Below, piece after piece: positions 12,101 through 27,100 of a stretch of 64,000 bases of DNA. Position 1 is the first letter of the stretch. The number at the start of each line of letters is the position of its first letter. The position numbers were made by a program, and so were the translations under genes. Under the pieces are notes generated by a model. That model did not search any database. It worked only from the letters and a program-made list of their open reading frames with translations, and was not told the DNA's origin. Source of the stretch: Phoronis australis (Eukaryota; Animalia; Phoronida); the NCBI GenBank assembly GCA_002633005.1, contig NMRA01000216.1, positions 263,823 to 327,822 of the forward strand, in the 5' to 3' direction.

Positions 12101-15100
12101 GTGCAGTGCAGTACATCATATAGTTCAGGTACCATGGTAATGGTGATGAGAAGGGACTGCAAAGTTAGTTAAATGTGTGTTTAATTACACTTTTTTCCAA
12201 GGACGTAGGTTGAATTCAGTGGTACTTGCTGTAACCACAACGTGTTGCGTATTGTGCTTTGTTTCCTGAATTGAATAATAAGCTGTGATGAACCATTGCA
12301 ACGAATGACTTTGTTTTTGGTTGTTAAGTTGTTTTATTGTGCGACTGTGTTGGTTGGTGTGTACTCATCCACAACATTCACTTCATTTTAGCTGACATAA
12401 ATTAATTGAAGAGACAGATCTTACAATATGTTCTAATGCCTCATTTAGATGTCAGTTGTGTCTGTTACTCTGCAAAGATGCCAGGGCAGAAGTTTTTGAT
12501 GTGAAACCTCAGTATATGTGTTGAATGGTGTACGGGAATTGACAGTGCGTATTTGTGCGTTATTGCTCAAAATTTAAAGATAATTGCTTCTGTCTGGACA
12601 GCAGGACCCAAAATCCAATCTTCAAAGTTGAACTGCAATCCAGCTGCAGTTCCTATGTTCCACTAAAATCTGAATTTAAATTGTCTGCTTTTAACTCCAA
12701 ATGCACATTTAACTCCCATATTCAAGATAAAAACAAGAATTCGAATTCAAGATTTCGTGTTGATAGTCCAGTTTGTAGCATTGAATTTAAAAATGGAGTT
12801 GTGCACAAACTTAGCTATCTCAAAGATTGAAAAGAAGGATTCAAAACTAAATTGGAGTTCTGAGATTGGATGTTGGTCCTCGGTTGCGTTTTGATGAATT
12901 ATTCACATGAAAATTATATGGCGGTGCAGATTTCAGTATCCCTTCAGAAATGGGTATTAACACTGATTTCTCTTTGTTCCGAGTCTTATTTTATTCAGAC
13001 AACACTAAAGGGGAGCATGTTTGTGTTGGAATTGTCCTAATTGGGCACAAACTGGGTGAATTGGATACAGTGGAACCTCATAAAGTATTAAAAAAAGTAT
13101 TTTCAATATGCTCTTGAATCTAATGGCTGTTAGTTTATTCACGGATATACACATTACGAAAGTTAAGAGACTCACGACGGCGTCCTTGAGATCATTAACA
13201 TTTTTAATTATTGAAACAAAAATGCCATGTCCATCTTTTTTTTGTTGAATTTTAATTTTGTTGAAATATGCCTCAGTCGTGGATGGTTCTTTCTTGGTAA
13301 CGCATGGTAGATAACTTTAAACTAAATTTGTATTTGCACCGTTATTTTGTTTTTTCTAAAAACTAATTTATTTTGAACATCTTCATCATGCAGAATGCTA
13401 AAACTTACAGAAAGCATGCTCCAGTGTTCTGATTAGTGATAGTATTGCAGTCATGAGAGCAGTTTCTGTCCGGGCATGTTCAGTGGCCATACATGGGGTG
13501 GTTCAGGGTGTTAAATGTTCTTCTCAAGGGACATGTACAAAAAACGCACAAGCACACAAAGGCAAGAGAAAACCCTAGGTGACAAAATCGTGAAATGGCC
13601 ACTGATATATTACTTTCTGTGTATAAAATCTTGAGCATGCCAACTTTAGCTAGTCTGCAAAACAAAAAGCGATCATTTAATTTGTTCTGTATATAAAGAT
13701 ACCAGGCATTTTACAGAGTACAGACTGTCATCTGATTCATGACACAAGAAAAAGAATCGTCCATAGTACTGTATAAATCATCATTGACACTGAAAATAAA
13801 ATTAGTTGTTCTGTCGTATCTCGTTACAATGCACCCTGTTTTACTAATGCCAACAAAAGTTACAAACCTACAAAGCCCAATGTTACTTAGTGTCTTAAAT
13901 CTTCATTGCTTACAACAAAATATATATTGCAATGTGCAAATTTCGAATTTTCGCATTCATAAACAGTTCCTTTACTTATTAACTTGATTCACGTGCAAAC
14001 ACAGAACTGCTAAACTCCCAAAGGCTCATGCCCAGACTTGCAAGCACACGTGACCACATGTTATTGTCCTGTGTTTGGTGGTCTGAGAGCCATGTTGGTG
14101 AGTGGTGAACCATGTTTGGCTCTTGGTCTTTTGCGTTTGGTGGTCACTGAGCTGTTGAGGTGGTGAACTGAATTGACCGGGTCTGCAAGCTCTATTAGTA
14201 AGTGAGGGAGCTGCATTTACAGGTGTAGCAATTGTGTTGTCCGGGTAGCCTTTTGTCAGAGTTTTTTTAGTTTTGAAATGGAAAATGCTAGGTAATGCTG
14301 TTTTGACCTAATTCCAGAAACGGGAATTTCAAAGTATCCATGTGAAGCAGTGCTCTTCTTAATTACCTTTATACAAAAACGTGTGGTTTATGATGAAGGA
14401 TGTAAAGCTGCTATTGACTGTCAAAACGTGAACTTTTCATTTATACCAATTATTGGTCTCAACTTGTCAAATTAGAGGTGATTTCAACAGTTGGAAAGAA
14501 TGGGTAATTTGTTACATAAAGACCAGGATCAACAACTTGGCTCGTCTTGGTGGGTCATTTTTTGTCATGCATTTTCTCAAGCAATAATGAACTGTCGGTT
14601 GTTTTCATGTCCAGAAATCATTTATTGTCTGAGAAGGGAACAAGATGAGACCCGTTTTAAAGCAGTAAGTGGTCTGAAACGAAATTTCATGTCATCGATG
14701 TCAACACGAAATCGTAGCAGCTTTAACTGATCCAGTTTTAAGTGTGGTGCACAATCTAAGTTCAGTGCTATTAAAAAGTAACACAATTATTTAATTTTCT
14801 TAAACCATGAACAATTCAGAACGCAACTTAAAAACTACACATTTCATGTATGTTTGTGACTGAGCCAGAACTAATGGACCGTTTCTTTTCAGCATTGTTG
14901 TGTACTTGATAACTTGTTTCTTAATGACTTGTTTTTGTATTCCTTTTTGTCACTCACTTGAAATAGACTGTTGAAATGATAGTTGCATGTAGAACATTTG
15001 TTGGTCACGAAAAGCCGACCAAATCTTGGTACTTTTTTAACATGGTCTTTTATATAAATATTGTGTTAAGACTGGTTCATTTTCCAATAAACTTGAAAAG

Positions 15101-18100
15101 TATCCCTTCATTAATTTATTGGTTTGCCACATTCCCAATTAGGAGACAAAATTAAGCAACTTAATTATATGTTGGTAGCATCATGGGTTTATTTACTTGA
15201 AAGTACAGACCATCTACGAACATTAACAATAATTTTGAAATTAGATAAAGGGATTTTTGTTTGTGTATAGGCTATATGTCGCCAGTTTCGCAACTCGGCT
15301 TTTCATACACTGTTAAAGCCCATAAAACAGTTATAAACCCCCATGTTCAGTCATTTGGAAATTTTCACTTATGAATACCAAAGCTTGGTTTACCCTTAGT
15401 GACACTTCAGCTCCCAAAACATAATTTCGTCACTTAAAGTGGCTTTTACCCTCCTCTTATAAAAACAAGTTTGATTTAGACTTATGGTTATGAATTTGGT
15501 CTCAAATTGATCTTCAGTCAAGTAGTTGTGGTTTCTGGGTTTCGTAAGAGCTGACAGTAAGTTATTTCTTGACGTCTGGCTCTTCGTGTTTTCTTGTGGG
15601 ATCTTTAATTTTTGGAGCATGATTTTGACCAATAACAAACCGTCACTACAAGACCAAAATTCACTTCTCATTTAAATAAGGAACAATATGAGACCCACTT
15701 TATTGCGGTATGGTAATTCTCTACGTACTTTGCGCAAAAATAAATGCCAATGACTTTGTTACTTATAGTGGATACTTTACCAAATGTTGTTTTACGGTAT
15801 CTACACTGCAAAAAACATGCCAGTAATAGACTAAAAATTTCTTAATCATTATTTTAGTGGGACAATATGACAAATGAATTTGTTGGCCATATTGTGGGCT
15901 AAGGGAAGAATTGCATGTCCATATTGAAGAAACATGGGTTGATAGATGGTTTAAAGGGGAAATTAGTCTCGCCTGTCGAAATATACTGTTGATTCTGGTC
16001 TTTCATTGGTCTAGTGTTCTTCACTGTTTCGAAATGATTTCTATATTTGAGACTTCACTGGTAATTATTTTCTTCAGACCATACCTAGGAAAGCAGCTAC
16101 AAACCTGCACTCTATGTATGAGGTAGACTACTGCTTTGAAGTTGGTCTCAATTCGTTCCTTACGTGGGCGGGACATTATGTCTGGATTTGTAAAGAACTG
16201 ACAGCATATTTTTTCTTGAGGTCGTCAAGGCACATATAACGAGACAACGTGATGAGCCAATGTATAGAATCTGGTCACTAGTAGAGGTCTGAGTACTTAT
16301 GAAGCCTCAAGGCACATTTGGGACAAAAATAATTACCAAAATTAATTTTCCTTTTTCAAGGTCTTCTAGCGTGACACATCAATTTTAAAAATGGCCTGGT
16401 GGTAGCTATTGTACAGAACTTGAACATGATATAGCATTGATGGGTGCTATATATCTTTTATGAAAAAATGAGAAAATTTTAAATTTCACTTGTTCACCGT
16501 ATTGTATCCTATGTTGATGAGATTTTACTGATTGTAAACAAATTTACTATTCACTCAAAAGATGAGAACACAATATTTTGTTTTGGTTTGGGAGAGTAAA
16601 TACGCCTGCAAAGAAAGTTAATGTTTTAACCTCGGAGCATGATGTAGTGTTATTGTGCGCAATTAGGAATTTCTAAGACACTAACACAGAGCCAAATCTA
16701 GAGGTTTCACACTGAAACAAAAAAGTGGTTTTCGAAAATTGGAGTGGGTGTGGCCACATTCCTAATAGCCAGTAGTTTGAATCTGCATTTCTCTCTATTT
16801 GGCTGGCTAAAAACGAAAATCAAAATATGGTGGTCCTTTTACTCTTATAAAATGAATCTCCAAATTGTCCTTTCCATGATAGGACTTGTTTTCTGTTCTT
16901 AAAAAGAAGTAACAAGTCCCCAAGAGGTCAAGAAACTCGTGAGAAATTCGTTGATTTTGTTGGGGTTGGCCAGTCCCAGAGTTCGAAAGTGGTCTGCAAA
17001 AACTTCATTCGAAAATAGGTCGTTCACGTAAAACAGCAATTACCATTTCCCGTAAGTGCATCACATATTGCTTGTTGGGTACTCGATATTTGTTTCAAGT
17101 GACTGTTAAATGGGGCAAAATGCAGCTTTAAATACTACTGTGAGTGTCCTTAAGGCCTATCTTCAACAGCAACGCCTCTAAATTTGGTTCCTACAGTATG
17201 TTAAAAGCATTGCTCTGAGCGACCCCACTAGTGCCATAAATTGCCAATTGGAATGAACTGGCGTGCTTTTGTCTATGTCACTGCAAGAATCACCTTTTTA
17301 TTCAAGCAGCTGCAAATAACACCCCTATTCAATACAACCTTTCGCTGTTAGTGCTGGTGCGCAGTGACGCAACATGACACGAAAAGGCAGCTTCACTTAT
17401 CATTTGACGGGCTTACATTTGCGTGGTTGAACTGACGTTTTCTTATTTTACTAAGGCTTTGCTAGGACTATCTGGTTAGCCCAATACATCTAAAATAACA
17501 AAATTCCGTTGAAGGTGGGCTTAAAGAATGTGAAAGACATTTCCACTTTGTCCTTGCGACAGTGTAATAACACCTTGTTGCTTTTCTCTTCTTTCCCCAC
17601 TAAAATAAAATATTTTTGGAATATAATATAATGAAAAGGGTATTTGAATTATTTTTCAAAAACTTCAAATTGGAAACATGCCACTCTTGTCTTTCCAAGG
17701 GTTTTAAGTGTGTCTGTAGCTCAGCATTTGGGAACTCCTACTGAGGTTAAATGCCATGACACTACGATTCAAAGTATTGAAACAGCAGTTTTACAGGAAT
17801 TTTGTTGGGAGAGTTAAATGTAGAGATCCTGCAGAAGGGGTTCCAAAGGGTAAAATCTAATCAATTTCGGACAAATTGCCCTTTTCTCATTTTTCAAGGT
17901 CTTTTACTTTGTAAATGCTCAGTTTTCGAAATTTTGTGTGATTGTAGATATACAAAACTTGAACATGGTAAAGCATTAATTTGGTGTAATATATTATGTG
18001 AAAAAATAAAATGAAATTTCCTGCACAAATACATTTTACTTAATTTAAAATGGTGGTTATCAACTTTCAGCTGCAGTATATCCATTCCTGAGCACTACAT

Positions 18101-21100
18101 CACCAAATGTGCCTAGAACTAAGTGAAAAAGGCATTCAGCTGATGTTAGGTATTTTTTTTTGTTTTTGAAAATAAAACTGAAAAAATGTCACATGACGTC
18201 AAATATACTTTCTAGCCAATAGGAATTTTAAAGTGGCGACAAATCTACACCTTCCAAAAGAAAATCGTTTTTTGACTTTGGCTATAAATCCATTTTGTTT
18301 TTTTCTTGGATTAGTAATGTTTTCTAATTTTGAAAAGAAGTTAGGTTATTGTCCAATCCCTTTAAACTGCTTGTCATGAATAATTTCAAAAAATACCAAA
18401 CCCAGTTTTGGCCTACTGACAGAATATCAACTTTCCCATCCAGTTCTCTGAAACAAGATAGTGCTCTTTAAGCCTCAAAATTTTGGAGCAAAATTTGGAA
18501 ACTTACAAAGTCTATTAAATGGGCAAGGCATGACATACACTTTAGGGAAGTTCCACAACCACTATAGAGCAAGACCACCCACCAAGAACCATAATATCCA
18601 ATTAGTGACACAGAAAGTAAGAATTTTTACTGGAATCCTGCTAAAGTGTGGTGCCAGTGATGTATTAGCCGGTGACAGAACGAGGATTTGTAGAAATCAC
18701 CAAAACAGGGTTTATTATCCTTTTAAGTTGCCATGGTGTTACAGCACTCGGGGGACTTCATATTTTTCAAAGTAAAAATAATTCTGGTGTTCATAGAGTT
18801 TTAATTTTTGATTTTCTGGTGGCAAGCTTTGAAATAGCCAAATTCAATCCACCAAGTTGCTTTCAACAAGCTTGATAGTAAAAATGCAAAATGAGTTGAA
18901 GTTAATGGTATATTAACTTTTTGAAACTCAAATTAACATATTTGAGCATATAGTAAAACTCGCCAAAGTCTTGTCCAACGGAATGAATAGATTTTATTAG
19001 AGTAAGGTGAAACCGACTGACCTGAAGCGCTAAGTGTATGAACTAGAACATGGTATCCACTGAACTTAGTCCAAGTTACGTGAAAGTCACGACTTGTGCA
19101 TGTCCGACTTGATGCGAGTTTTACTGTATGTCCAGAAGGCTTTTACCTTTTGAACAAAAAAAATCAGATTGTTGATGCAGTCTTCGCTTTTTTTTGTTAA
19201 AGTGAAAAATTAATTATTTTGCTCTAGGTCAGAGTTTGTCCTAAATTCTAAAAATATTGGCCGTCCCAAATTCAAGAATCACCGTAAAGACAGCAAAATT
19301 ATCCACTCAGTAGATTGAAAGCACGTTGTCTAAAATTTGATAAATATGGCGAAAGCAATAATCGCCTTTGTCTCAAATTCTAAAATAGAAACTCAATTTT
19401 TGTGGGAGTTTCTGTGTCCCAAATTCTAGACTCTGCCCCATACTGGAGATTTTTTGCCGTAGTTAAAGGGATACTAAACCCTGTTTTGCTGATTTCAAAC
19501 AATTCTGTCCCTGGTTAATGCACAACAGGTGTCTCCCCCTAGTGTGATAAAAACAAGGTTCTACTAAAAGCACTGTGCCCTAGAATGGTTATTATGGTTC
19601 TTGGTGGATGGTCTTTTCCTACAATTCCCGTGTAACTACGTCTAAAGTATGGGTCATGCTTGCCCATTGAGAAGACTCGGGAGTTTAGAGAATTTGTTTT
19701 AAACCTTCGAGGGTTGATGAGAGTTCCAAGGCATTATGTTGTTTGAGAGAGCTGGATGGGAAAGTTGTTCATGGCCTGTTAAAGGTCTAAATTGGATTTG
19801 GTAAGGTGGAAAAATCCCTTAGCTTGTGGGTTAGCATTTAGCATTAAATTGAGAAAAAGGTAGGACTAGGCATTGAACCAAACCTGGGGTTGTAAACAGT
19901 CTTTTATGAAGTCCTGATGGGTGTTTACCTGACCCACTGATAGGAGTTGTTAACCTTATTGTTGCAATAGTGTTAGTTGCTGTGCATGGTGAAATACCAA
20001 ACAGAATATTGTCGGTCGGAACTAAACATTTCACTGTCAACCAGAGGTAACCAGGTATTGCGGGATTTAAGAGACGATGTTCTGCATTGGTGGATGTTCA
20101 AAAAGATGAATGAAAGTTGCAAATAGGATACAATGTAGATCTGAAGTGGCTTATAATCAAGTATGAGTGTTTGAGAGTAAATATTTGAAAATTCAGAGTA
20201 AGCGTCATGTTAGGTGCAGAATTTCTTGTCTGAAATAATTTTGAGTACTCCCAGGCAGTTTTGATCAGGTGAGACCAAAAACAACACTTTGAGGTTAAAA
20301 TCTAGTTGGAAATCAGAAATTAAAACTGCTTTTGATTTGGATTATAATATTTCCTGAAAATCAAAATTACGTTAAAATCAGCATATGCATCCCATGTAGT
20401 CCACTTTATCAGTACACGGGCAGCGAACTATAGGGAGCTGGGGGGGGGGGGCTATAGCCCCCACTTACTTCAGTGCTGCGTCTCCCATCCAATAGTGTTA
20501 GAAATGTGCTTTATTTAAAAATAAAAAGCTTTATAGACAAGAAATTGTAAAACAACAATGGCTTCAACAAAACAAAAACACATTGTGCATTTTTTTCACC
20601 TACTGGTACACAAGTCAATAAAAATGCTTTTGTGCATTTAAGCTATTTTAGTATGTTTACTTTTAACAAAAGTTAGCATTTCCAAAATCAAAACCAGTGA
20701 AACTTGCTTTTAGCCATTGATGTGTCACCAGCTTAAGCACATTTAGAGTTGAGAAGTAAAATTTTTTTGAAAATTCTGAACCCGTGCTCTCTAAAAGAAA
20801 GTTGTACCTAATGTTTTGGCGTTTTGTACAGTACAGCTGTCATCAAACTGTTGATTTTTTTTAATTGCTGCCATGTAAGTTTGACGAACTGAAAATGGCA
20901 ATTTTGTGCAGAATAGCAGAGGTACTGGAGGTTGAATTTAGGATGTGGGAAGTGAGAGTACAAAACTTTGCTACCTACAGAAAATCGCAGTTATCTGCAC
21001 TTAAACGCGTGGAACACAGATTGCGATAATTCCTTCTAAGAGATGAGATTACATAACCCACCTCATTTATCTCACCTTACTGAGTGTTCTATATTTGTTT

Positions 21101-24100
21101 CCATTAACTGCGTCTTAATTGGTGGTAACTATGGCAACAGCTGAACTGTTGTGCTTGCATTGAACGATCAGCCTCCTGTGCACTAACCTCACTAAAAAGC
21201 AAGACTTCTTAAGGTTACACGAGATATTGCCGTGTATTTTAAACGAGAACACGTGACTTTGGCTAGATTTTAGCTAGGTCCTGGTGTAGGTCCTAGCATT
21301 ACGGAACGCATGCCGGGTCTTTAGCCACAGATAACAATTAACAAACCTGCTCACAACTCGGTTGTTTAACTTGTAAATTAGACCACTCAGTTGTTGAACT
21401 GGTTTCATATTATTCCTAACTCAAGTGTTTTTCTTGTTGGAAAGAACAATTCTGTAGTGCTCGAGACCAGGATTATTATGTTGGTTTAGCATTCTGGGTC
21501 ATTTGTGTTACCAAGTGTGGCCTCGGAAAGGAACTCGGTTCTTGCTGAGCCCATAAATTGCTTCGTATCTGAGTAAAGATCAAAATCCAGACACCCTTTA
21601 CAACAGCAAGCACTCAAAATCTGAACCTATTGGCAGAAGGCCTGTTCATGGACGGTTTACAAAATACAGCAAAGTCAGTCGGATATGCATGAGTCGGAAT
21701 TCCACTTTACTCTTTTTTGTGAACTTTGGCCTTTAGTTAAGTCAGATTTTTAACTAATTGGTCTGGTTGGATCAAAGTTATGCAAGTTTTCTGTAACTTG
21801 TGAAGTGGTTGCTGTGTGTTGGGTTTCATGGGGACATTCATCTAAATGCATTGCACAAACAGACGTGAAAATAAAATGTGGTGGTGTGAATCGGTCGTAT
21901 TTGTCATCAAAATACAACTGTTTGGATTCGGTGTAATTAGTTACACTCGTTGCAATGGTTCAAACCAGTGACTGTGAAGAAGTGAACTGACTGAAACTTC
22001 TTGTTTTATACAGATCAAGCACAAACAGTTTGAAAAGGTGGAGAAGGTAAGATGTGTGTTTTAGAACTACCATTATTAGATATGACGAAGTCTTCAAGTT
22101 TGGACGTAAATTGCTTTGAAAATCCCTTTTGCAATTGCTCAAACTCTTGTATTCTGAAAAATGATGCATAGAATTGGACCATGTGTTGGACGACACTGTA
22201 GGTACTAAATGTGCTACTAAAAGGGCCGCTATAGTTTTGTGTTCCGTTGCCAAAAAAAAACAAGTTTGATTTAGACCCCTTACCATTGTGAAGTTGGTCT
22301 TAAATTGTTCCTTATTGAAAATGGATTTTATTGCTTGTGCAAGCTGTGCTGAGAGGAGCTGACAGTTCGTTATTGTTTGAGACTAGGCTCTACAGTTTGA
22401 CTTGTGTCGTGTCATTTTATTTTAATTAGCAAGCACAGTCTACAGAGCTTGCAATTTTCCTCTTCAGAGGATTTCCTCTTGTGGTTTCTATTTCCTTTTG
22501 TTTGATTCAGTTTCCTCTTTGTTGTCTCTATTTTATCATTATTTTGACTTTATTCTTGCAAAAACATTTACTTCAATTAAATTTTACTACGCCAAAAATA
22601 GTTCCATCGCATAAGCGTACTATATGTAGAATGATACGTCACATGGAAAATTTTCTTTTTATCATGCGTCATTCGTAGCCTAGAGTCTAACAATAGGAAA
22701 TTGTCATTTTTTTCAAAATAAAAAATTCTCATCTTGGGGTATGCAGTAGGTTTAGACCAATTATAGAGTAGTTGGAGGTCTAAATCAAGGCTTGAGTCCA
22801 GTTTTTTTTCCTTAATATTTTTATTTTGCTCTAGCATGATAATTACATGTCACATAAAACAATACTGTATACATCATTTACAAAGAATAACATTAAATTA
22901 TTAGTCAACAAGTACCGTATTTTCTTCAGGATGCAACTTAATAAAGTTTATGAACATTTGGAAATTGAGATTTTTGTAACAAACTTGGCTAAATATGTAC
23001 TTTTTTGCAAGTATGGTCAACAGATTAATGTTTAAATTTCCCGCCTGAGTGTTTCCCAAAAAGACACAGAAACTTATTTTTTCCACACGAAAATTTACAT
23101 GATATGTTTATTTTAACCACTTGGCAAACAGGAGCCAGAAACCGGAGATAAGACGACATTCCCAAAACGGAGAAAAGTTTCACTGTGTTCTCCACAGAAA
23201 GAGCATAAATCACTTGTTTTTATTTTAATATTATGCAAATAATTATTGATCGGCAATACTCTGTGACTTAAGTGGTATTGAAACCAACACAATTTTGTAT
23301 CTTTTGTACAATTGAAGGGTCACTAAAATGTGCATTATTTATAACGAAGTTTATATCTATCTCAGATGAGCTTGAGTCCAGTTTACATTCACTGCAACTT
23401 GAAGAAAAATTTCCATCCTATTACATTTTCGTTTACAAATTTTGACAAAACCAAATTTCTTTTGAGCTATATTGTGTTCTTAATTGAGGTTTTACGGTAT
23501 TCAGCTCATTCAAAATGGCGGTCATACAATTGAAGTCACATGTTCATTTCATTAACATAACATTGAACAAAAAGTTGAGACGATAGTGCTACAGATAATT
23601 GCAGTGAATTTGGGATAGGCCTACACTCCCTCTGCAATGACTCGTGGAACGTGTGTTCACACACATCCTTAACTTTGGTGGGAGGGCTGTGGTTGTCAAT
23701 CAGATTTTTTCCTGTAATTCATACATGAAATATTCCCGTTCCATGATTTTGCAAAACTTCCATCTTATTTTCCCGATCTTAGTGGCCGCTTACCAATTCT
23801 ATCAACATTGCGCTTTATACATCTTCCTCTTTTGTACTAAAATAGTCTAATTATAACATTGCCTGGCATTATTGAAAACTGTAACCTCCGTTGCAAAATA
23901 CAAACAGAAATAAGATCAATATTAGGCAACTCACGATAAACATGATCTTTAATTTACTTTATTTTGTAAAACTGCCAGCAACACATTGCTAAGTCGTCTC
24001 TTAGTTGAGAATGAATGTAGAACAATGTGTGCTGAACTTTGGTAGTTCTCTGCAAACAGTTTGTCAGGAATCGGTTTAGTTGCTGTAACAGCATTCGATA

Positions 24101-27100
24101 TGACTATTAAATTTGTTAATCCTAATGACCTGTTCCAATCATACTAGTATCGTAATGTAAACATCAAAACCAATAAAATATGTATTGTGGAATTGTGGAG
24201 CTTGAATTTTGACAAAGGCCTCATAAAATTTTTTGAAATCGCACTCTTCTAGACAATTGAGAGATTATTATTGGAGTTTTCTCCTTGCCCAGTCACCTGT
24301 GTGTTATGGTCATCCAAATATAGATAGTAACACAGTGTTTTCAATCGCCAATTGGCTAATCAATATTTTCAAAATTACCCACTGTTCTTTTGTTTTGTAA
24401 CTACTGGTATTTTCTATGTTTAATTTACACAGAGTTTTCCTTTTAAATGTGTAAACATAATTCTCTTGGGTAGGACCCCAGAACACTTGTCCAGTTTTGG
24501 CAAAGTTTGGAATATCATATCTCCGAAATTACCTATCGTATTCATATGAAACTTTGTTGTTTGCACTATTCTCAAAAATGCTGATAGGAATTATTTTTAA
24601 AATGTTCCACTTTTGCTGGAGGGGCTATCAAAAATAAGACAAAATAATTTAGAAAACCAACAGCATTTCTAAGATTTCAACTTGAATATGTATATCAAAT
24701 GAAATTTGCTTAATGTTGTTGATACTGTTGCTGTGCTATCGTTTTACCAAAAAGATATGATCACATGACCCAATTAAAGACAGATTGTTGAAAAGTAACA
24801 AAAGATTAAACTGAATGGACTTTCCACCAGAAAATATAGTTTTTTGGCTCAATACACACTGTCAGACACATGAATAAGCTCCTACATAACTTTATAAGTC
24901 ATCAGATTTTAAAGCAAAGGCAAAATTGTAATTGTTCACCAAGTGTGGGGATGTTTCTCCTAAATTTTGAGTGGTTCAGACGATGAATCAATTCTCTGTA
25001 ATTCCAGTTGTTCCAAAGATGTTTAATTAAAGTGCTTAACATCGACTTGTGGAAAACTTACCTGAACTACATCAAAGAAACAAAAGCCAAGCTGTCATCA
25101 TTCCGGTAAGAAACGAAAGTCGGATATTTTTGGGCTCCATTGTCGAAACTTTGTATAGCTATGTTGCCAACAGATGTGCAACATGAAATTTTGTTTGGGC
25201 TTTAACTCTTGTCCTAATTCTGGATTTTTTTAGACCAGATTGTTTAACTAATACGAAGTTGTCTGTGGTGAACCTGTTGCATGAAGGAGGGTGCGGTCTG
25301 TAATTAAAGAATTGCATTTTGTTGTATATAAGAAAAATATATAAAAATAAGATTCTTGCAAACCCAGCAACACCCCCTGCTAGTAAAAATAACTAGAGTG
25401 TTTTCAGCTTTGGCGAAGATCATGTTCTTAAAAACACATTGAAGCATTATGTAATTCTATTCATCGAGCATAACTGGTTCTTTTTTTTAATTGTGTGTGC
25501 CATTGCATTTCACGTGATGTGATGTTTGGCGTTATGGGACTGCTTATTGTTGCAGAGAAAAGATGGCCCAAGCCTATGACTTTGCTTTAGACAAGATTGG
25601 TATGGACATCATGTCCTATCAAATCTGGGTCGACTATATTAATTTCCTTAAATCTGTGTAAGTATGTTGCATTAGTTGTACTTGATGTATTGGCTTCATA
25701 ATACGAGTTTGGTGTTGTTATTAACGATTTTACTTGTAATTAAAAGAGTTAAAACATTGGAGTGTCACAGTTTGGAAATAGTCTGAATTAGAGATTGTAT
25801 TTTCTTCTGGTAAATGGAAATGATAAACATTGTTTGTAATTCCTTGTAGTGTTTTGAGTAGTAGATTGTTGTAATTTTGTTTTTAGACTTTTGTTCTCAT
25901 CCACCTCTGTTATCCATTTGTAAATGTGTGCTCTCCTGGATGCAAATTGTGCTCAAGTCTAGAATGCAACTTGTTGTGTTCGTGTTTTGTTTTCTGAAAA
26001 AATGTTTTCTGAAAAAAGGGTCATTTAAAAACATTTTACTAAAATCATTAAACATTACTATCAAGTTGAGCACGATTTCATAATTTTTGTTTATAGTTTT
26101 TCTGTAACAGGCAGCATTATTATACTGCCTATTACAGTTTGGAGGGTTTCTGTTGTACCACCTTCTCAAAGTTTGAATGCTTGATCTGTATGAAACTGCT
26201 ACTAAATGGAAGCCATTGTCTTAGAGAATTTCTGGAACATTAGGTACCTTCGATTTGGTGTGTGAATTGGCTTTAGAATGACTGTTTTGTACTGTAGCGC
26301 ATTTGTAATTACTTGTCAATGATTTATTCACATTTCAGAGAGGCTGTCGGTTCCTATGCAGAGAATCAAAAAATCACAGCTGTTCGCAAAGTCTACCAGC
26401 GTGGTGTGGTGAATCCTATGATGAACATTGATATTCTCTGGAGAGATTACTGCGCTTATGAAAATGTGAGTTTGATAATCAGTACAGTCACCTTGTTTTA
26501 GCATACGTGCCAAAGATTACCATTGTCATGATGGGTAATGACGAATCTTGATTCATCATTCCAGCTAGTGAATTCCAGTAGCACGGGGCCATTCGGTTCA
26601 ATCTCTTTGTCTCGATATTTTCAGGGTTGATCTGTGCTGTATGTGTTGACATTCATATACTCTAGTATGTGGATGCCAACTGCACTACATTCATATACAA
26701 TAGCATGTGAATGCCAGCTGCACATACTATTGTATGTGACTATGGTGTAGTTTGAAAGATTCAACTATTCACCCGTCAGCTCAAATTCATTATTTCATTT
26801 CATGTAGTTGGATGACAAGTCCTGGCTCAAGAAATTGGAAGTTGTTTGTAATTATTTGTTCGAGCAGTTGCTTTTGACTGTTTCTCAATTATTTTCTATT
26901 TTGTGTTGTTACAGAAGTGCATACGTTCATTTTCAGAAAGTGGAAAGTGTAATATACATCAGCCTTCCATCACAAAAACCAGCTTTTGATTTAGACTTTT
27001 TACTGTCATGAAACTGGTCTCAACTCATGTATTAGTCCAATTGGAGGTGATTTCAGGTCTTTGAATGAGCTGATGAGTCGTTATTGCTTGAGAGCAGGCT

